A stretch of DNA of 63,301 nucleotides, counting the filler, from Bigelowiella natans CCMP2755 (taxonomy: Eukaryota > Protista > Cercozoa): the NCBI GenBank assembly GCA_000320545.1. It is 4 parts of 4 records of this genome, joined end to end, with 100 filler letters (N's around TTAATTAATTAA, not from the genome) between each part and the next. Parts side by side here need not be neighbours in the genome. Positions count along the whole stretch, not along the records: positions 54,165 to 57,674 come from ADNK01000577.1; positions 57,775 to 63,301 come from ADNK01002834.1; 2 more parts are not named here. One strand, written 5' to 3'. The first letter of the stretch is position 1; each line of letters begins with the position of its first letter. The notes beneath the pieces are model-generated. The model was given only the letters and a program-made list of their open reading frames with translations. It searched no databases and was not told where the DNA came from. The translations under genes were made by a program, and so were the position numbers. Positions 57,352-63,301 of this stretch are shown here, piece after piece.

Positions 57352-57540
57352 ATGCGAAAGGAGAGCAACAAAGCAAAAAACCTTAATTAAAATAGTAGCA
57401 GCAAAAGCAAGACACATAATCGATGTTTGGAAGGGAACTGTATAACACAATAAAGGCCCCTCGTAACAGCAGCAACCTCTATGGTTTCAGGCTTATGATC
57501 GTCCTCATCCGACATCAACTGTATTCCTTGGAAGGCCTAG
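56280..57540 (-). CDS. Possible C-terminal exons of a hypothetical protein
   Basis: AG-bounded coding-like pieces AFQGIQLMSDEDDHKPETIE and IGSDRVEVLPTDDEPEEG...; no family recognised. Confidence 0.35.
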
Positions 57541-57674
57541 GATGGAGAAAGTACAGCAGCAGCAGCATCAACAAGTAGTAACAGAGGGGAAAATAATGAT
57601 AAGGAAGATGATGATGGTGATGGTGGTGATGATGATGATGATGATGATGATGATAATGCCGAAGTTCTCCATTT

Positions 57675-57774
57675 NNNNNNNNNNNNNNNNNNNNNNNNNN
57701 NNNNNNNNNNNNNNNNNNTTAATTAATTAANNNNNNNNNNNNNNNNNNNNNNNNNNNNNNNNNNNNNNNNNNNN
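57675..57774. other. Scaffold gap with artificial linker
   Basis: 44 N + TTAATTAATTAA + 44 N. Confidence 0.97.
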
Positions 57775-57859
57775 TATACCAGTCCCGATCATGACTCATC
57801 ATCCATCCATCATCATCCTCCCCCCTCCCCCCCTCCTCCCTCCCTCCTCCTCCTCGTCA

Positions 57860-58782
57860 GGACATGGCGCGCGCGCAAGTGACCCGCGATGGTCCGGGGG
57901 GCCTGTTGTCGCAGGTGCTTCGACGCCTGCAGAACCGGATATACCCTTCCTCCTCTGCGGCCAGAGACAACGAAGGTGGAATGTCTTACGACGAACTCGT
58001 CAAGAAACTCAGAGCGCCAGCAGATGCAAACCAGACGTCCTGTAACGATGGCGCTGGTGCTGGCGCCGCGCCGCAGTGGGTCATGCCTGGTGGTAGAGAT
58101 AGCGACGATGTTGCGGCCTCCTATCGTCCTTCAGCAGCTGCAGCAGGTGGGGAAGAAACCCGCCAGCAGAGAGGGCGGGGGGGGGGGGGGGCGTACATAG
58201 GCAGCAGCAGTGGAACGGCGGAGTACGAGGGCGTGAGAAGGCGAGACGAACGTAATAGCAGAGGTGGCCTTCACAAGAACCTGGACAAATGCGACGATGC
58301 GCCGACAGCATCATTTTCCCATCGTGACAGATCCCAACTACTTCATCCAGCCAGACTTACATCGGAAGCTAGAAATCTCCCGCGCATCGGGGGGAGCGGC
58401 GGTGGCGCGGACCCCGCGCCTCCTCTCGAAAAGTAGCCAATTTCACCGTGGGTCAACAAGGGAGTTTGGGAAAGGTGACCTTCCTCGGCCTCACGGATGT
58501 GCGTGGAATCGATGTCACCCGATGTCGTGCAATTCACGAGGGGCGCTTTGGAGGTTTATGCGCGCCCGCACGCCGCTCCCCCCCGTAGGCCGTGGCCTCA
58601 ACAAACCCGCACTCGTGACCCTCTACGGCGTATTTCCGGAGAGGGAAGAAAATGGAGGTCGGCGAGAGTCAACCTCGGAGTACATACGAACCCTCCGCAG
58701 ACTAACGGAGGAGCAAGGCGCCATATTCCTCGGCTATGAGCCGAAAGACGGCTTGTGGAAGATGAAGGTCCCTCATTTCTAG
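57860..58782 (+). CDS. Nup98/Nup145-type autopeptidase (peptidase S59) domain protein, 3' part, with apparent 1-bp frameshifts
   Basis: PNYFIQPD, VANFTVG, FGKVTFLGLTDVRGIDV, VVQFTRGALEVY, PPVGRGLNKPALVTL, QGAIFLGYEPKDGLWKMKVPHF*; some motifs are spread over different frames. Confidence 0.85.
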
Positions 58783-58789
58783 CAGCAGC

Positions 58790-59450
58790 AACGTCTAAAC
58801 GTGTCTAGGAATTGGCAAGTCAATGATGTAGCAGCAGCTCGCTCGATGTCTTGATAGGTCGTCGTTGCTGATCGTCGGAGCTCACACCACAGCTAGACAG
58901 CTAGACGGCACGCTAGCACGCTAGCACAACGGTTACTAGCTAGCTAGCTAGCTAGGTTATGTCGTGAGGTGCGCCAGCTAGCCAGCTAGCCAGAGACCCG
59001 ATTGCATCCGAACTGCTGATTGTTATTAATAACAATGATGCCATGCTAGCATGCCCTTTCTAGCTTTGCTACTTTGTGTCAACAATGACAACAACAATAA
59101 CGTACATGTCGCTCTTTTTTATAAACCAAATCTTCTCTTTGATTTGCAGAGGAAGCTAGGAAGCTTTAACCTCTTACATTCCATGCTAGCATGATAGCCA
59201 ATGACAGCTAGCTAGCTAAAGCGCGACGTACACGCTAGCACGCATCTAGATGTAGACACACCTAGACATCATCATCTAGATCCTGTACACACTAGCTAAC
59301 TAGCTAGCGCTCACTCAAGTAGAGATTGTTGGCGCATCCTTGATAGGCATGCTGAGCATGGACATGCTGTTGCGAGAGAGCATGTTCTGCTTCGCCAGGT
59401 ATTTGCAAGCATGATGCCTCTGTTTGTTCTGTTACACGATGTTGTTTTGA
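58790..59450. other. CTAG-rich, TpA-depleted intergenic tract between convergent genes
   Basis: agctagacagctagacggcacgctagcacgctagc, actagctagctagctagctagg and similar runs. Confidence 0.85.
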
Positions 59451-59595
59451 AAGCGCAAATTGCAAGGGGAAGAGGACAAGCTACCGCTGCTGCATATAGC
59501 TACCGCTAGGAAAAATGAGAAAAATGTTTCTGTGCGTTGTGTGAGCGTTGTTATCCCCTCATCATCAGCAGCTAGCGTAAACATACGAGGAGACA

Positions 59596-60735
59596 TTAAT
59601 CTACTGCTATTGAGGATGTTTTCTTGTGAGAATGTTTCTTACGAAGCACCTCCGTGCGCCCTACGACGGCTTTGTAAAGCATGAAAGCGACCTTTTGCGA
59701 GAATAGGAGTCCCTCCTGCATCCAACGATGATTCAAGGCAGCAAATTATATTTACATCCACACTGGGGCACAATATATGAAACGAGAGAGGGGAGGGGGG
59801 GAGGGGGGGGAGTCATTCAAGATGACGTGGATGAACGGTAAGCATGCGCAACATTGGGGGGAGGGCAAAACAACAACATCTATCAACCTACCATCGGGCT
59901 CAAGTGATCCGCACTAAAGAGGTTTGGGGCCATCACGATCGCGAGATTCTGTACGATGCGAAACAAACGTTTATGCGCGTACACAAAAATGAATCCATTC
60001 TACGTGGAAGTGATTATCTTCCCCCCCTCCCCCTCGCCCTACTCTCCTCACTCACTACAAAGGGGGAAATCAAGCAGCAGCGGCTAGTACCTGCGGCGAC
60101 ATTTTGTTGATGTATTGGTACTGAGAGACGATAGCAAGGGCGTCCAGGAGCCAGAGGAGAATAGACTAAAAGGCGTGTGGGGGGGTGGTTTTGCGTTGTT
60201 TCTTTGTTAGTTTGGTTGTTGATGGGGGAGAATAGAATGCGAAGATGCCGTCGGTGGTCTAATGCTTCCGAGCGCATTGCAAGTAGAATCGCTATGGAAC
60301 GGGGTGTGGATTGCAGGCGTCGCTAGCACAATGCCGCTTGCTGCTACCTGGCTTGGCTCTTTGAGCGTCGAGACGATGTTCAGCGCATCTTCTTGGTTCT
60401 TGCAGTCCTGAATAGTTATTTGCCGTCCATTTTGTTTGGTGCTTATTTACTACACGATCATCATCCATCATCATCATCATCGTCGTTTTGTCAGTGCGGG
60501 TCGCTCTATACGGTAGTAAGATGAGGAGTCTCGGACAACGATCCCCCCTCCCCCCCCTCCCCCTCTGCATTGATGAATGGATAGGATGAGGATGATGATG
60601 ATGACGATAACTATGATGGTGATGTGGTTTTTTGCAGCTAAAATGAGCAAACAAGGAAAGCAGTAAGTACCACCAATGATGATCGGCATCTTGAGTATGA
60701 TGGAACATTTCGTCAATTCGCACACACACACACAC

Positions 60736-60775
<40 letters not shown>

Positions 60776-60971
60776 TAATATACATATATTGGCTACCTGA
60801 ATTCTTTTCGGATCGATGCCTGTTAATAGCTTCGTCGGCATTTCGCGAAACCACACCTTTAGGCATTTTTGAACAACAACAATAACAGCAAAATGGAGAG
60901 GGGTTAGAGTATCAGCGGGAGTGAGTTGTCCATTTGCTATCTTAATCCCTCCCCCTCCTCCGCCCTCAAAC

Positions 60972-61003
<32 letters not shown>

Positions 61004-62656
61004 GCACACACACCCACACACCCACAGCCAAACCATTTCCCTCCCCCATAACCTCTTTCTCATACCAAACCACACACGCGAAATCGCCGCCAATACTGCT
61101 CTCAGCCGCGTAGAGCCGAGCATGTGCTCACAGATGCAGTGCCAGATCGCTGTCAATTCGTTCCAATGCTTTAAGCATCGCAGCATGGCACTGTTTCTTC
61201 TCTACTCTTGGTCCTCACCTTGATCAGATTCGCGATGACGTTGATATCCTCACATCTCTCGAAACACGCGGCGTCCAGCTGGCGAGAGGATAGCGTAGTA
61301 GTAATGAATAGGATGGTAGGAGCGAAGATGGAGATTAATGCTTTCTTCTTAAGATATGGTTCGTGTGCTACTTGCACATTTCACTAATATATGCACGCTC
61401 GTCGTGTACAGCTTCATCCATCACCATCACCATCACAATCATCATCATCAGTCCCTGTGTTCGTCCGCAACGTGTCATCAAGCGGGTTCAGACGCTACCT
61501 CTTTCTTCACACGTGCGCATTCGTTATGGTCGGGAGCCAACCTGGCAGGCACAACAGAGCAAGGGGGGGGTGGGGGGGGGGGAAGGAGTGATTCGTTCTT
61601 CCTTTTATTCTCTCCTCTCTCATCATTATAGTATTGAACCGATGATAAAACCAAACTCTCTTAACATCGCTAGTACCTAAAGATGCCCTCTGTCTGCAAG
61701 CCTCCATTCTCGAATAAATACCTCTTCATCTTTCCCCCAGAAGCGAGAGAAAGAGAAGGAGGAGGGAAGGAAGCGGGGGGGGCGGGTAAACGTTAGTCAG
61801 ATATCAACGTCATTTATGACAGTCTTGAGCAGAGTAAATAAAGCCTCAGCGGCACGGCAGCAGCCTATCGTGTACTAACGTTTTCCAGGTGAAACAATGC
61901 GCTCCTGAAAGCTGCTTCTTATTATCATTATCATCACCAACCCCAATCGATGGAGAGTATTTACAACGACTACTACGAGGACGAGAAGGATGATGACGAT
62001 GAGCAATTGCTTGATAATATCGCATAGCGCGTATGCATGTATTTGAGCATGTATCAAGCAGCCTCCTTCTCCCCCTCTCCTTCCTACTACCTGTAAGAGG
62101 ACGAGAGGAATGCGTGATGTATACCCTGGAACCTCCATTCTCTCCACAGCCAACGGCTTGCAGTAGTAGTCGAAGTCGTTAGTAGTAAAGTAGAGGAGGA
62201 GGAGGAGGAGGAGGAAGGGGAAATAGAATTAGCTTCCGAATCGATGCTTTGTTAGAGAATATAGTAGAGAATTTAGTCTGTACTGTTCTTGACATTACTG
62301 TTATCATCATCATCATCATCGTTGTTACTATCATTCTCGTTACCCCGAGACCGAACTGGCGGTGCAGCTGTCGCTCCCAACCCCACCCTTTTGGCAGGCC
62401 AGAGTATCTGAAATTAGCGAGGAGGGGGGGGGAACCTCAGATCCGCAAAAAATATGAAAAGAATTATGAACGTGTATGTCGTCGATATGTTTTTCCAAGA
62501 AAAACCATATTCTTTGTTTTTGTAATTTTCTTTTTAAATTGCATTTGTTTCTCCCTCCTCCCTCCCTCACTCCTACTCTATTGGCTCATCACAAGAAGAC
62601 AAAAAGTGTGAAACTGCTGCTCAGGAATGTCTCGTATGGATTAATTTACAAATGTA

Positions 62657-62694
<38 letters not shown>

Positions 62695-62745
62695 TTGTTA
62701 CGGATAGGTACTTTCGAGTCTCAGGATCGAATTTGACATGAACCT

Positions 62746-62781
<36 letters not shown>

Positions 62782-63110
62782 TTGGAATCATGATGACTTC
62801 TCGTCAAACACACACGCACTCCACGCACAAACATTATATATATATATATGTATATGTATATACATATTATACATATTCTAGACCACACTTGGAAAAATAT
62901 AATCATCATCATCACCACCATCATCTTCCCAAAATACAAGGAATTCCCCCCCCCTCCACCCCACTACCTATTTTCAGGGTGTAAGTCTCCCGGGGACGAG
63001 GACCCCACTCCCAAAGCTTTCCTCCTGTAGTACTGCGTTCTTCGTGATTCCATCGACTTTGAACGAGCAAGGTGCTGTAAACCAGCTTCCTTCATCGCGC
63101 GCAACAACCT
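59596..63110 (-). CDS. CRIB-like + RhoGAP domain protein, multi-exon, 5' partial
   Basis: HVKFDPETRKY, YSGLPKGW...QFG, VPGYTSRIPLVLLQ, GGLQTEGIFRLAPD (arginine finger), DINVIANLIKVWFREMP, WLLD, NKMSPQNLAIVMAPNLF; stop TAA at 59596-59598. Confidence 0.9.
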
Positions 63111-63301
63111 GATTTATTTGTTGATATTTAGTTGAAAAGGGAGAGAGAAGGGGGGGGGGGGGGGGGGGGTGTCCGTTTTAACGGGGAAGGTCTTTTTAGA
63201 GACCTCTTAATATCTCCCCCTATGTTTGCTCGCCCCCTCGCCGCCCTTGAAATTTTAAAAGCGATGTAACGGGTGGGGGCCATCAATGTGCCCAAATTTA
63301 C

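Noticed and set aside
58420-58590. Programmed frameshifting or pseudogenisation in the Nup98-like domain
   Set aside because: The indels fall in short homopolymers near a contig end and the motifs are otherwise intact; sequencing error is more likely, though a pseudogene cannot be excluded.

Overview
Intron-rich nuclear DNA of a unicellular, probably flagellated eukaryote (a SAR-type protist such as a chlorarachniophyte is a guess). Three 100-bp scaffold gaps carry an artificial TTAATTAATTAA linker. Supported genes: aldo/keto reductase, RFC5, an ankyrin-repeat/tyrosine-kinase-like/SAM protein built from a tandem one-exon-per-repeat array, a CLASP-like protein, a PH-RCC1-FYVE protein, a PP2A B''-like fragment, CFAP65-like, a pectin acetylesterase/Notum-family hydrolase, a Nup98 autopeptidase domain, a CRIB-RhoGAP and several hypothetical genes, plus one young Ty3/Gypsy LTR retrotransposon. 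The strongest unexplained signal is a 'reverse-RIP' pattern. Intergenic tracts are almost emptied of TpA except in CTAG, and paralogous copies inside this window show TA changing to TG or CA independently, i.e. A-to-G on both strands in a TAH context. This suggests an uncharacterised adenine-directed hypermutation or genome-defence process. The retrotransposon is also unusual: its gag is interrupted by an inverted copy of its own LTR 3' half plus part of the PBS (resembling minus-strand strong-stop DNA, and predicted to form a hairpin), and its integrase ends in a degenerate DIRS-type adenine-methyltransferase-like domain. Counts were made by eye and most gene boundaries are approximate.
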